IMG/VR virus record: IMGVR_UViG_3300034069_000147
Coordinates: 1-48,795 of that record
Source of the DNA: a virus
Direction: 5' to 3' (one strand)
DNA: 48,795 bases
Shown here: positions 8,064-17,539 of the stretch, piece by piece
Layout: every line of letters begins with the position of its first letter
Numbering within the stretch: position 1 is the stretch's first letter
Translations under genes and position numbers: made by a program
The notes under the pieces: generated by a model
The model's input: the letters and a program-made list of their open reading frames with translations, nothing else
Told to the model about the DNA's origin: nothing
Database searches by the model: none

Positions 8064-9745
8064 AGCTTCGTTGGTATCAGGAAGAAGCCGTCGACGCGGT
8101 ATTCGACTATTTCAACGATCCCTTGCGCGCGCATACTTTGCAGCAATCGAACCCGCTTGTGGCGATGCCCACAGGCACCGGCAAGTCGCTTGTGATCGCG
8201 GAGCTATTTCGCCGGGCGATGACGGCCTATCCCGGCACGCGCGCGTTCATGGGAACGCACGTCAAAGAGTTGATCGAGCAAAACGCGAAGAAGCTCTTGG
8301 AGATTTGGCCGCTGGCGCCGCTCGGCATCTATAGCGCCGGGCTGAAGTCTCGCGACCATATGCAACCGCTAATTTATGGCGGCATTCAATCCGTCTATAA
8401 CAAAGCCGAGTTGTTCGGTAAGCGCGATCTAATGGGTATCGATGAAGCCCATCTATTGAGCCCAACGGCCGACACGCGATATCTGGCCTTCATTAAGGCA
8501 ATGATGGCGGCCAATCCTTACTTCCGCGTCATTGGCTTTACGGCCACGCCCTATCGCATGGGCCTAGGGCTCATGACGAACGGCCCTCTTTTCACCGATA
8601 TTGTCTATGATTTATGCACGATGGAAGGCTATTCGCGGCTTATAGCTGAAGGTTATCTGTGCCGCTTAATTGCCAAGCCAATGAAGACGACGCTAGACGT
8701 TAGCGGCGTTGGCGTTTCCGGTGGCGAATTCGTGCAAAGCGAATTGCAAGATGCCGTCGATAAAGAGACGATAACTTATGCGGCGCTATGCGAGACGGTT
8801 GAAGCCGGTTACGATCGAGCATCATGGCTCTTGTTCGCCTCAGGCACGCGCCACGCCGATCATATTGGCGAAATGCTGAATAATCACTTCGGTATCCCGA
8901 CCGTCGTTATTCACAGCAAAAAGTCAGACACGGAAAATACCGAAGCGTTGCACAAGTGGAAGACTGGCCAAGTTCGTTGCGCGGTCAACATGAACTCGCT
9001 AACAACTGGCGTCGATCATCCCGCGTGCGATCTAATCGGCATCATGCGTCCTACCAACTCGACGGGCCTTTGGGTTCAAATGCTTGGGCGAGGAACCCGG
9101 CCGTTCAATTGGTATGATCTAAGCGAGGCTGACAAGCTTCTTCTTTGGTATTTCACCGGCTACGTTAAGCAAAATTGCCTAATTCTAGACTTCGCACGCA
9201 ACACGCAACGGCTAGGTCCGATCAACGATCCGATCATTCCCAAGCTGAAGGGGCAAGGCCCGCCGGGCGATGCTCCGGTGAAGATATGTCAGACGTGCGG
9301 AAGCTATTGCCACACTAGCGCGCGCGTCTGTGACGTATGCGGAGCCGAATTCACGTTCCAAGAGAATATCACGCGGGCGTCGGCTGGCCTCGACGTTATG
9401 CGATCCGACTTGCCACAATTCGAGCATTTCAACGTCGATCGCGTCGTTATGGTGCCGCATACGTCGAAGGCTGGCAATGACAGCATAAAGGTAGCTTATT
9501 TCTGCGGCCTTCGCACGTTCTATGAATATAAGTCGGTCGAAAGCCCGGTCAACTTCATGAAGCATAAGTCGCGCGATTGGTTTCGGCAACGCTACCATTA
9601 CGCCGATCAACGCTATACTTGGGAAGATGACGTGCCGGCTACCAACGCCGAAGTTCTCGCGCTCGCGCACGAACTTCGCTGGCCGAAGCAAATTCAAGTT
9701 TGGGTCAACAAGCAAAACCCGGAGATAGTTGGCTATGAATTCTAA
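8060..9745 (+). CDS. Superfamily-2 DEAH-box DNA helicase with a C-terminal zinc ribbon
   Basis: Motifs are AMPTGTGKS (I), GIDEAHLL (II), FTATP (III), QMLGRGTR (VI) and CQTCGSYC...CDVCG. GTG 8060 overlaps the nuclease stop; the track ORF begins further upstream inside the nuclease gene. Confidence 0.85.
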   Translation: MKLRWYQEEAVDAVFDYFNDPLRAHTLQQSNPLVAMPTGTGKSLVIAELFRRAMTAYPGTRAFMGTHVKELIEQNAKKLLEIWPLAPLGIYSAGLKSRDHMQPLIYGGIQSVYNKAELFGKRDLMGIDEAHLLSPTADTRYLAFIKAMMAANPYFRVIGFTATPYRMGLGLMTNGPLFTDIVYDLCTMEGYSRLIAEGYLCRLIAKPMKTTLDVSGVGVSGGEFVQSELQDAVDKETITYAALCETVEAGYDRASWLLFASGTRHADHIGEMLNNHFGIPTVVIHSKKSDTENTEALHKWKTGQVRCAVNMNSLTTGVDHPACDLIGIMRPTNSTGLWVQMLGRGTRPFNWYDLSEADKLLLWYFTGYVKQNCLILDFARNTQRLGPINDPIIPKLKGQGPPGDAPVKICQTCGSYCHTSARVCDVCGAEFTFQENITRASAGLDVMRSDLPQFEHFNVDRVVMVPHTSKAGNDSIKVAYFCGLRTFYEYKSVESPVNFMKHKSRDWFRQRYHYADQRYTWEDDVPATNAEVLALAHELRWPKQIQVWVNKQNPEIVGYEF

Positions 9746-9956
9746 TCGAACCGCTCTTGTCGAAATGCTTAAACAAGCTGTATCTGGCGCCGTTATTGGC
9801 ATTATGAATGAAGAAAAACCAACGCCATCTTGTATTAGTTGTGTTCACTTCATAGAGCAACAAGAGACTTGCCGGCTATATAACGGCCGCCCTCCCGCTC
9901 GCGTGATCGCTTATGGATGCGAAAGCTACAACGACGTTTTAGAAGTGCCTTATTGA
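9729..9956 (+). CDS. Small Cys-containing hypothetical protein, 75 aa
   Basis: The ORF overlaps the helicase 3' end, and its stop is TGATG-coupled to the next ORF. Confidence 0.5.
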   Translation: MAMNSNRTALVEMLKQAVSGAVIGIMNEEKPTPSCISCVHFIEQQETCRLYNGRPPARVIAYGCESYNDVLEVPY

Positions 9957-11281
9957 TGCTAAGTCCGTGTCGCCTTTGCGATCAATGGCGGTGCGTCCTA
10001 GGCGATCGGAAGAAGGATTGCTTGGCGGGCTTTCCGAACCTTCGTCGAATAGGCAATCAACCCGGCGGTTTCGAAGCGGCTAACGAAGACCCGGCCAACT
10101 GGCAAATAGCTGAACGGCTCTATTACGAAAGGATGACGACAATGGCGGCAGGCAAGGGACGCGGACGGCCGGCGAAGCCGACGCAAGCGCAACAGCTTAT
10201 CGAAGCCCTCGACTTCATCGCCGTGGGCACGCGAGACGATGAAGACTATCAGGAATATATCGTCATGAAGGGCGGCTATGCGACGGCCTTCAATGGCCAG
10301 ATTGCGGCCGGTCATCCGATCGCGGAGGAATTGACAGTTTGCCCACAGTTGAAGCGGCTACGCGCGGCGCTGGCGAAGTCGGGCAAGTCGCTTGTCATAA
10401 GTGAGACCCCGAACGGGCAACTTTCGATCAAGGGCGATAAGCCCCGGTTCGTGGTGCCGTGCCGCAAGCTCGACGAACAACCGCAAGTCGAACCGAACCC
10501 GAAGCTCGCACCGCTGGCGGAGACAATCAAAGACGCTTTCAACGTCTGTGGATCGCTCGCCACCGAAGCCGGCGAACGTGTCATCGAAGCTTCGCTTCTT
10601 TTGGAAGCGAACACTTGCACCGGCACGAACGGCGTGGCGTTGCTGCAATACTGGCACGGGATCGACCTTCCGCCGGCCATCATCTTGCCTAAGATTTTCA
10701 CAGCCGCGATTGTGAAGGCCGGCAAGCCAATCGACGGGTTCGGCTTCGAATGGAAGCAAGGCAAAGAGCCCGGCGAATGGATCGTCGGAACCTTCACCAT
10801 TTGGTTCGAAGGCGGCGCGTGGATACGCACGCAATGCTATCAGGATCGTTGGCCCGACGTGTCGCGTATCTTGAACGTGCCGAGCAACGCCACCCCGATC
10901 CCGGAAGGCTTGTTCGAAGCAATCGATACCGTTCACGGCTTCGACGACAGCGATCGTGTCATTTTGTCAAACGATCGCGTTATGTCGCACGAAAGCGAAG
11001 ACGTTGGCGCTGTCTATCCCGTGCCGGGCTTGAAGTGCCACTTGGGCTTCAACGGTAAGTTCATGAAGAAAGTCGCGCCTTACGCCAAGACGATCGACCT
11101 TAACAAGAGCGAAGGCGAGGCGGTTCTATTCTTCGGCGGCACCGATGAAAACCCGGTGCGAGGCGCAATTATGGGGCTGAAGATATCGCCTTCCGATCCG
11201 GCCCCGACGCCAGCGCCCAACCCGGAGCCCGAACCGTCCGACGCTGAAATTAGCGAAGGTTGGGGGCAAGCCGATGCCTAA
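9956..11281 (+). CDS. Putative sliding-clamp (DnaN beta-clamp-like) protein; start uncertain (9956 or 10142)
   Basis: Weak by-eye resemblance to DnaN: YQDRWPDVSRILN vs the clamp F/YPDY..VIP segment, HLGFNGKFMKKV vs IGFNxxYL, and C-terminal AVLFFGG...RGAIMGL. ATG 10142 follows AAGGA; ATG 9956 is stop-coupled. Confidence 0.45.
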   Translation: MLSPCRLCDQWRCVLGDRKKDCLAGFPNLRRIGNQPGGFEAANEDPANWQIAERLYYERMTTMAAGKGRGRPAKPTQAQQLIEALDFIAVGTRDDEDYQEYIVMKGGYATAFNGQIAAGHPIAEELTVCPQLKRLRAALAKSGKSLVISETPNGQLSIKGDKPRFVVPCRKLDEQPQVEPNPKLAPLAETIKDAFNVCGSLATEAGERVIEASLLLEANTCTGTNGVALLQYWHGIDLPPAIILPKIFTAAIVKAGKPIDGFGFEWKQGKEPGEWIVGTFTIWFEGGAWIRTQCYQDRWPDVSRILNVPSNATPIPEGLFEAIDTVHGFDDSDRVILSNDRVMSHESEDVGAVYPVPGLKCHLGFNGKFMKKVAPYAKTIDLNKSEGEAVLFFGGTDENPVRGAIMGLKISPSDPAPTPAPNPEPEPSDAEISEGWGQADA

Positions 11282-11801
11282 TGCTGAGCATCGTTTTAAC
11301 AACGATAAAAGGAGAAGGCCGGACGAACATGCTCGACAAGCAATGCTTACGCCGGCTTATGTTTTAGAGCCAATAAGACAATTGCTTGGAGGTATTGGCT
11401 TAGACCCTTGCACGGAACCCGATAACCCAACTCGCGCCGAATATATTTGGACTTTGCCAAACGACGGTTGCATAGAAAGCTGGAACGCTCATTCTGTCTT
11501 TTGCAATCCGCCTTATGGTGAAGCTCGCAATCGTTGGGTTGAACGTTGCATAAATGAAGGTCAATTACGCAAAGTGGTTTTGCTTATACCGGCTCATACT
11601 GAAACTAAGATTTTTCAGAAAGCTTTGAAATCTTGCGTTTCGGTTTTCTTTGTTGACGCTAGACTACGCTTTGGAGTGCTAAGAGAAAACAGACGGCAAG
11701 AAGCCGCTTCGCACGGTTCCGCCATCTTTGGCTTTGGATGCGATGTTTCTCCACTTGGCTGGCATATAAAAGGTACAGCCATGCAACGAATGGGAGGTTA
11801 A
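11274..11801 (+). CDS. Phage-type DNA N6-adenine methyltransferase
   Basis: Catalytic motif is FCNPPYG. The protein is small, with no adjacent restriction gene. The gene is visibly AT-richer than its flanks. Confidence 0.75.
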   Translation: MPNAEHRFNNDKRRRPDEHARQAMLTPAYVLEPIRQLLGGIGLDPCTEPDNPTRAEYIWTLPNDGCIESWNAHSVFCNPPYGEARNRWVERCINEGQLRKVVLLIPAHTETKIFQKALKSCVSVFFVDARLRFGVLRENRRQEAASHGSAIFGFGCDVSPLGWHIKGTAMQRMGG

Positions 11802-11853
11802 CGTTTTCTTCGACGACAGCCGGCCGGATCGGCGAAAGCGCGCCGAAAAGAAG

Positions 11854-13809
11854 GTGCCCGTGGCCGATCGGCTGCGGCGCCTCGCCGCGTCGCCCGTTCC
11901 GCCGGCTAAGTCATATACGTTGTTCGGGCTCGACGAAGTGTTGCACGGCTTCCGTCGCATGATTTTCGACGTTGAAAGCTATCGTAACTATTTCCTAGTC
12001 TCATTCAAGTGCATGGATAGCCAAAAGGTTATCTATTTTGAAGATACGCCTTACGGCTATTTCGTCAACGGGCACAATGTCAATTTTACAGTTTGGACAA
12101 ATCATCTAACGTTCATTTTGTATCGCTGTCTTATTATCGGCTTCAATAGCCGATCCTATGATTTGCCGATCCTGCTAGTCGCAATCCAAGGCGCTCGCGC
12201 GTCCAAGCTGAAAGACGTTAGCGACGAAATCATCCGCGAGGAACTTCAAGCCTTCGCGATCGAACGCAAGTATGGCGTCAAAGCCTTGCACGTCAATCAT
12301 ATCGACTTAATAAACGTCGCGCCAATCACGGCTAGCCTGAAGATATACGCCGGCCGTCTCCATTGCGAGCGAATGCAAGACTTGCCCTTCGATATCGACG
12401 CGGAGCTAACGCCCGAACAATCGTTCATCGTTCGCGACTATAATATCAACGATCTAGACAATACCGAACTTCTATTCAATCACTTGGCACCGATGATCGA
12501 GCTTCGCGAGCAACTAAGCCGCGAATACGATCAAGACTTGCGCTCAAAGTCAGACGCTCAAATCGCTGAAGCCGTGATCGTTAGCGAGCTACGCCAAGCC
12601 GGGACGATCGAGCCAAAGCTTGAATTGAGCGACGAATATAGCTTCTATTATGAACCGCCCGAATGGCTGGAATTCAAGACGCCACAGTTTCAGCACTTGT
12701 TGCATACTGTGGGCAATTCGCCATTTTATCTTAGTGCCGCCGGTCGACCGCTATGCCCACAAGCGATCGAAGATTTGCAGCCGCGCCTTGGCCGATCGAT
12801 TTACCGGATCGGGATCGGCGGTTTGCATTCGAGCGAGGAAAGCGTTTGCTATCGAGCCGACGAAAAGACGCGGCTAGTCGATCGAGACGTTGCGAGCTTT
12901 TATCCGTTTATTATCTTGAATAACAACTATTTCCCCGAACATTTGGGGCCATTGTTTATCGATGTTTACCGAAAGCTTGTGCAACGCCGGCTCGCGCTGA
13001 AGAAAGATAAGAACCCGCTAGAAGCCGGTTTGAAAATTGCAATTAACGGCACGTTCGGCAAGCTCGGCAACTTCTATAGCAATATCTATTCGCCGAAGCT
13101 TCTAACCCAAGTGACTATGACTGGACAACTCGCCTTGCTTATGCAAATCGAAATGGTGGAGCTTGCCGGCATACCGTGCATTAGCGCCAATACCGACGGC
13201 GCCGTCTATGCCTGCCCGGTCGATAAATATGCCGACTTCGAAAATGTCATGACGATATGGGAAGGCAAGACGGGCTTCGTCACCGAAGAAACTGAATATG
13301 AAATGTTGGCGTCGCGTGACGTCAACAACTATATCGCAATTAAGAAGCGTAGCGGTGGCGTCAACCGGCCCGATATCAAATGCAAGGGCGTTTATTCGGA
13401 AAAGGGCTCCGCTCAAAATAGCGTGCTATCTAAGAACCCGGAATGCCATATTTGTTCGGTTGCCGTCCAAGAGTATCTTAGCGTTGGCACGCCGCTTTAC
13501 GAAACAATCTATGAGTGCAACGATATCCGCAAGTTCGTTGCCGTGCGGACGGTTAAGGGTGGAGCCGAGAAAGATGGCGTCTATCTCGGCAAAGCTGTTC
13601 GTTGGTATTACGCCAAAGGCGAAGACGGCGTTATCAACTATGCACAATCGGGCAACAAGGTTCCTAAGAGCGAAGGCGCGCGCCCGCTTATGATCCTGCC
13701 CGAAGGTTTGCCGGCTGATTTGGATCGCGACCGCTATGTTCGCGATGCTGAAGCCATCTTGTATGACGTTGGCTTTTATGCTAGAGCCGCCAAGGCAAAA
13801 TTGCTGTGA
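11854..13809 (+). CDS. Family-B DNA polymerase with 3'-5' exonuclease domain
   Basis: Exo I is FDVES, Exo II is GFNSRSYDLPIL, Exo III is YNINDLD. Motif A is DVASFYPFII, motif B is KIAINGTFGKLG, and motif C is SANTDGAVY. The start is uncertain (GTG 11854 or ATG 11959). Confidence 0.8.
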   Translation: MPVADRLRRLAASPVPPAKSYTLFGLDEVLHGFRRMIFDVESYRNYFLVSFKCMDSQKVIYFEDTPYGYFVNGHNVNFTVWTNHLTFILYRCLIIGFNSRSYDLPILLVAIQGARASKLKDVSDEIIREELQAFAIERKYGVKALHVNHIDLINVAPITASLKIYAGRLHCERMQDLPFDIDAELTPEQSFIVRDYNINDLDNTELLFNHLAPMIELREQLSREYDQDLRSKSDAQIAEAVIVSELRQAGTIEPKLELSDEYSFYYEPPEWLEFKTPQFQHLLHTVGNSPFYLSAAGRPLCPQAIEDLQPRLGRSIYRIGIGGLHSSEESVCYRADEKTRLVDRDVASFYPFIILNNNYFPEHLGPLFIDVYRKLVQRRLALKKDKNPLEAGLKIAINGTFGKLGNFYSNIYSPKLLTQVTMTGQLALLMQIEMVELAGIPCISANTDGAVYACPVDKYADFENVMTIWEGKTGFVTEETEYEMLASRDVNNYIAIKKRSGGVNRPDIKCKGVYSEKGSAQNSVLSKNPECHICSVAVQEYLSVGTPLYETIYECNDIRKFVAVRTVKGGAEKDGVYLGKAVRWYYAKGEDGVINYAQSGNKVPKSEGARPLMILPEGLPADLDRDRYVRDAEAILYDVGFYARAAKAKLL

Positions 13810-13823
13810 AGGGAAAGGTTCAA

Positions 13824-14081
13824 ATGGCAAGGTCGCTTCAAGTTATCGCCCGCGAAATCCGCGTCGATTGGGTCGCACAAGGCAAGCAATTTTCGGCCGC
13901 CCGCCCGTACATGCTGGCAATGCAAACAATGGCCACGCTCGACGATAGCTATGGGCTCGATAACGCCCGTTCTATCGTGAACTATTTTCTGGCAAACGCC
14001 GGCACTTGGAAGGGCGAAGTGGCCCGGCGAGTGAAGGCGGAGCTTAAGCGGATGCTTGACGAACACGCCAAGGGCGCCTAG
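13824..14081 (+). CDS. Hypothetical protein, 85 aa (last gene of the plus-strand operon)
   Basis: ATG 13824 lies 5 nt after GGGAAAGG; an alternative GTG 13806 overlaps the polymerase stop. Confidence 0.6.
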   Translation: MARSLQVIAREIRVDWVAQGKQFSAARPYMLAMQTMATLDDSYGLDNARSIVNYFLANAGTWKGEVARRVKAELKRMLDEHAKGA

Positions 14082-14123
14082 CGATCGAGGCGCAGGCTTC
14101 GGCCGGCATCCTCTCCTAACCTT

Positions 14124-14161
14124 AAGGGCGGCCCCGTCGACCGGGAGCGGCCCTTTCTTTT
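14124..14161 (+). terminator. Rho-independent terminator at the convergence point of the two arms
   Basis: GC-rich imperfect hairpin GGGCGGCCCC-gtcgacc-GGGaGCgGCCC followed by TTTCTTTT. A second small hairpin, GCCCGC-caga-GCGGGC (14185-14200), could serve the minus-strand arm. Confidence 0.55.
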
Positions 14162-14211
14162 GCCCCGTCAGCCGCCCGGAAACGGCCCGCCAGAGCGGGC
14201 GAGGCCGGAAC

Positions 14212-14487
14212 CTAGCCGAGTAGTGCGGCGGCGCTGACGATCGCGCGTTGGCAATGGCCCGGCGGCGATCCTAGCAGGCGGAACAACCCGTCGATCGCCA
14301 CTTGCGCGCATCGAGCCCATAGCCATCCGTTGTTCGCCTCGCGGCCGACCTTCGAGCTTATCGTCTCGCGCGCGTTAGGTTCGTCGCCGCCCATAACGAT
14401 GAAGTAAGGGCCGGCTAAAATGACGTAGGCGAGTTGATCGAGCGCGACCGCTATAGCGTGAAGCTCGCGGAGCATTCGCCAAAGCAT
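14212..14487 (-). CDS. Hypothetical protein, 91 aa (last gene of the tail arm)
   Basis: TAATG coupling to the upstream gene at 14485-14489. Confidence 0.55.
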   Translation of the reverse strand: MLWRMLRELHAIAVALDQLAYVILAGPYFIVMGGDEPNARETISSKVGREANNGWLWARCAQVAIDGLFRLLGSPPGHCQRAIVSAAALLG

Positions 14488-15146
14488 TAGCCGGGCGTTC
14501 CGATTTGCGGATAGCCCGATGCAACATCATATAGAAATATTGTTCCTGCCGATTGGTTGCTGGCAAGGCCAGCATCGAGCGCCTTGCGTATGGATCGCGC
14601 GTTGCTATAGACAGCGCCAATATATCGGCCGACTTGAACACCGAGCGAAATCATAGCGTCGGCGTCGAGTTGCACGTCAGAGTTATCGTGCATTGTCCAA
14701 GTTTCAGAATAGGGTTGCCCTGCCGCTTTGGACAACGATGCTAGTTGAACATAGCCTAGAAGAAACTCGCGCGCATCGGTATCGGTATCGGTGCAATAGG
14801 TTTGGCCGTTCAACTCGACTTGAAGCGTTCCTTCGGTATAGGTCGCCCTAATAGTTTTTGCACGTGCCCACATTATATCATGGGCTTCCTGTGGGGAATA
14901 TGGATTGAATATCCACCGCCGCACCGGAGCGTTGTTTTCGTCGACGATTTCGGTGCCGATAGTTCGGCTATTTGTCGGCGGCGGCGAAGCTTCGGTGATC
15001 GGCTTAACGCCAAGTGTCGCCAGTTCCTCGACGCTATGACTTTGCAATGCGTCAGCATTGTAGGTCACAATATCGTCGCCGACATGCGCGCGGAAGAAAT
15101 TGGCGATTTCCTGCCATTCGCCGTCTTCTTTGAAAGCGTAGGCCAT
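14487..15146 (-). CDS. Tail-fibre-associated hypothetical protein, 219 aa
   Basis: ATG 15146 lies 1 nt after the upstream stop (TGACATG). Position is downstream of the fibre genes. The track ORF 14487..15308 over-extends the 5' end. Confidence 0.6.
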   Translation of the reverse strand: MAYAFKEDGEWQEIANFFRAHVGDDIVTYNADALQSHSVEELATLGVKPITEASPPPTNSRTIGTEIVDENNAPVRRWIFNPYSPQEAHDIMWARAKTIRATYTEGTLQVELNGQTYCTDTDTDAREFLLGYVQLASLSKAAGQPYSETWTMHDNSDVQLDADAMISLGVQVGRYIGAVYSNARSIRKALDAGLASNQSAGTIFLYDVASGYPQIGTPG

Positions 15147-15147
15147 G

Positions 15148-15744
15148 TCACAAATCTCCGGTGCTGAAGTTGTCGATATAGTTTGTGCCGGTTGCTGCGG
15201 CCGTTCGGAATATACCTGTCTTATAAGAATTAACCGGCATATCGCTAGGAATTGAAATTGTCTTAAGTAGAACGTTGTTTGGACCGAATACAGAAACGGT
15301 TTTTGCAATCATGTCAAATTCGGCTCTAACGTAGAAAGAAGCGTCAGAGCTACCGCAAAGTACCGTGTCGAAAGTTCCATTGTGGCCAATTTGCATTAAC
15401 ACTCGATATGTTGCATCGATATAAACGCCAATATATCGAGTATTATCGTAAACATATCCAATTTGCATTGGATATGCATTGTTGCCGGTGTAAACGACGT
15501 TAGCCGAAACAAAGAACTTGTTGCTAGTTCTCTTGATTTTAGCTGTAATGAAAGAACTACTGCCGTAAGCGCCTTGACCGGTATATTGGCGCAAAGTTCC
15601 TACGCTTACATATAAGCCGGGTTTATATTGGTCGTTAGCGTCGCTATATAGAAAATCATATCGCTTGCTTAGATCAGTTGACGAAAAATCGTCAAAGAAC
15701 GAAGCCGCGCTAGTTCTTCCAGCAACAAGATTGCCCGGCAACAT
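15148..15744 (-). CDS. Hypothetical tail/fibre-module protein, 198 aa, beta-rich
   Basis: ORF abuts the fibre gene. It is AT-rich with a Tyr/Asn/Gly-rich beta-type composition, compatible with a receptor-binding or lectin-like domain (inference). Confidence 0.55.
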   Translation of the reverse strand: MLPGNLVAGRTSAASFFDDFSSTDLSKRYDFLYSDANDQYKPGLYVSVGTLRQYTGQGAYGSSSFITAKIKRTSNKFFVSANVVYTGNNAYPMQIGYVYDNTRYIGVYIDATYRVLMQIGHNGTFDTVLCGSSDASFYVRAEFDMIAKTVSVFGPNNVLLKTISIPSDMPVNSYKTGIFRTAAATGTNYIDNFSTGDL

Positions 15745-16670
15745 TAGGCGACCGCCTTTACTGGCGAGATTAGAATATAGCTTGGATTGATTACATCATA
15801 GTAGAAGATATCGGCGGCGCCGGGAGCGGTGGACGCAACAGGGGGAATGCCCGAAGCGAACTTGTAAGAGCTTCCCCACGATATTGTTCGGCCTCCCGTG
15901 CTATCTTGCACGAACATGAAACGTCCCGACTTGCCGGCAATCGGATTAGATGGATTGGCGATTGTCCTATTGCCCGCAATCGGGATATAAATGTTTGTTG
16001 ATGCGCTTAAATCCGGTGTAATTGTTGCCATGTCGCCGGTATTAACTAGAGCTAATGCATCATAAACTGACTTAATCGTCATGGCATAAGCGTTATCTAT
16101 TCCGGCGTTGATATCTACGCCAGTCGTCGGTTGAACACGAAGATTTATGTCGGCAGAAAGATCGCCGGCTCCATATATAATGCCGGCAGTATTTATTCTG
16201 CGACTGACTTGAATGCCAGCAACGGCGCTTAGTGCAACGTTCCAACTAGCAAACGTTCCAGAGCCTATAAACGTAGTAGTCGTTACCGACATTGCGCCAG
16301 TAGTGGGATTATAGCCGGTAATGATGCCGGTCATTTGGTTGCCGGGGCTAGCTGTGCTGGCAATGACTACAGTTTGACCGACGACAAAAGCTTTGCCGGT
16401 TTGAATGATGAAAGTCTTAGCCGCCGCTTCGATAACCATCGAAGTTGTCGATTGACCCGATGTTCCCGGAGCGTTGATTGCCGAAGCCGCCGCCGCTACA
16501 GCAGTCGCAACTTGAGCGACGACATAGTTAGCGATGGCAACTATGTTCTTCAGCGCCGGGATAAACCGCGTGCGATGGCCACCGTTATCGAGGCCGGTTG
16601 TCGGATTGGCGTCATCCGAAACGGTTGAACCGTCACCGCCTACGGCTGTGGGGAAAGTCACGCTCGCCAT
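15744..16670 (-). CDS. Tail fibre protein
   Basis: N-terminus is MASVTFPTAVGGDGSTVSDDANPTTGLDNGGHRTRFIPAL. The body is Gly/Thr/Ser/Ala-rich and repetitive. ATG 16670 is TAATG-coupled to the upstream gene. Confidence 0.7.
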   Translation of the reverse strand: MASVTFPTAVGGDGSTVSDDANPTTGLDNGGHRTRFIPALKNIVAIANYVVAQVATAVAAAASAINAPGTSGQSTTSMVIEAAAKTFIIQTGKAFVVGQTVVIASTASPGNQMTGIITGYNPTTGAMSVTTTTFIGSGTFASWNVALSAVAGIQVSRRINTAGIIYGAGDLSADINLRVQPTTGVDINAGIDNAYAMTIKSVYDALALVNTGDMATITPDLSASTNIYIPIAGNRTIANPSNPIAGKSGRFMFVQDSTGGRTISWGSSYKFASGIPPVASTAPGAADIFYYDVINPSYILISPVKAVA

Positions 16671-17539
16671 TAGATCGTTTCCTTTATTTCCCAAGCTGTA
16701 TTGTTTATCGTTGGGTATGGATATTCAATAGGCGTAAGCTCGCGAAGGCGCCCATAGAATTGCCGGCGTAAAGATTGTGTTGTGTCGTCGGGATCGAATT
16801 GGAAAACGGCTTCGCCGCTTAAGCCGAGACGACGCTTTATGTCCAAGGCTTTGCCAAGTGCGTCGTCTTGATCCATGAAGTTGGTTTCAAAAGTGCTGAC
16901 ACGGTAAGGGCGTCGTTTGTCGAAATACTCCGTGCCGCTTAAGCTTGAAGTTATTTGCGTTTCATCGTTCCACCCAAGAGTTGCACCCAAAGCAATGTTA
17001 ACTTTGGGTTGCCAAGCCTCGCCGATAAATATACGTCCAAGCTGTATATAGCCGGCTACGTTAGCCTGATCGTCGAATTCGAACAACCAATAACGCGCTG
17101 CCGTTGTAACTGTGGCGCTGAATATGGTTGTCCAAATGTAACCGGCGCGATCGGCTTCAGTGTAGCGGCCCGACCACCAGTTGTCAGCTTGCCAATCTAA
17201 CGAAAGACTAGCGTATAGAGACGGCCAAGCATCACGCCAACCGCTGTCTATAAGCGATGTTATGAAGTTGCCATCGTTACTCGCTCGAATGCGATATTTG
17301 CCAGAAAGCGAAAGGTTATGGTTGACTATCGCCAGCGTTCTTAAGGGCAAAGCTTTCTGCAAATCCACAAGCAATTGAGTTGAAGCAAGGCTTGCGTCTG
17401 TTGATCTGGCAAGCTTATGAATAACTCGATTGTAGAGATTGGAGAGCGGCAAGCTAGACAGCCAAGAGCCGCCAGACAGCAAGCCTTTATCGACAGCATT
17501 ACCGAAGGCGATAAGAGCGTTTGCCACTATTAGCCCCAA
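16670..17539 (-). CDS. Tail tip/baseplate protein, 289 aa (second gene after the tape measure)
   Basis: ORF in the conserved position after the tape measure. The start is uncertain (TTG 17539 or GTG 17527). Confidence 0.6.
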   Translation of the reverse strand: MGLIVANALIAFGNAVDKGLLSGGSWLSSLPLSNLYNRVIHKLARSTDASLASTQLLVDLQKALPLRTLAIVNHNLSLSGKYRIRASNDGNFITSLIDSGWRDAWPSLYASLSLDWQADNWWSGRYTEADRAGYIWTTIFSATVTTAARYWLFEFDDQANVAGYIQLGRIFIGEAWQPKVNIALGATLGWNDETQITSSLSGTEYFDKRRPYRVSTFETNFMDQDDALGKALDIKRRLGLSGEAVFQFDPDDTTQSLRRQFYGRLRELTPIEYPYPTINNTAWEIKETI

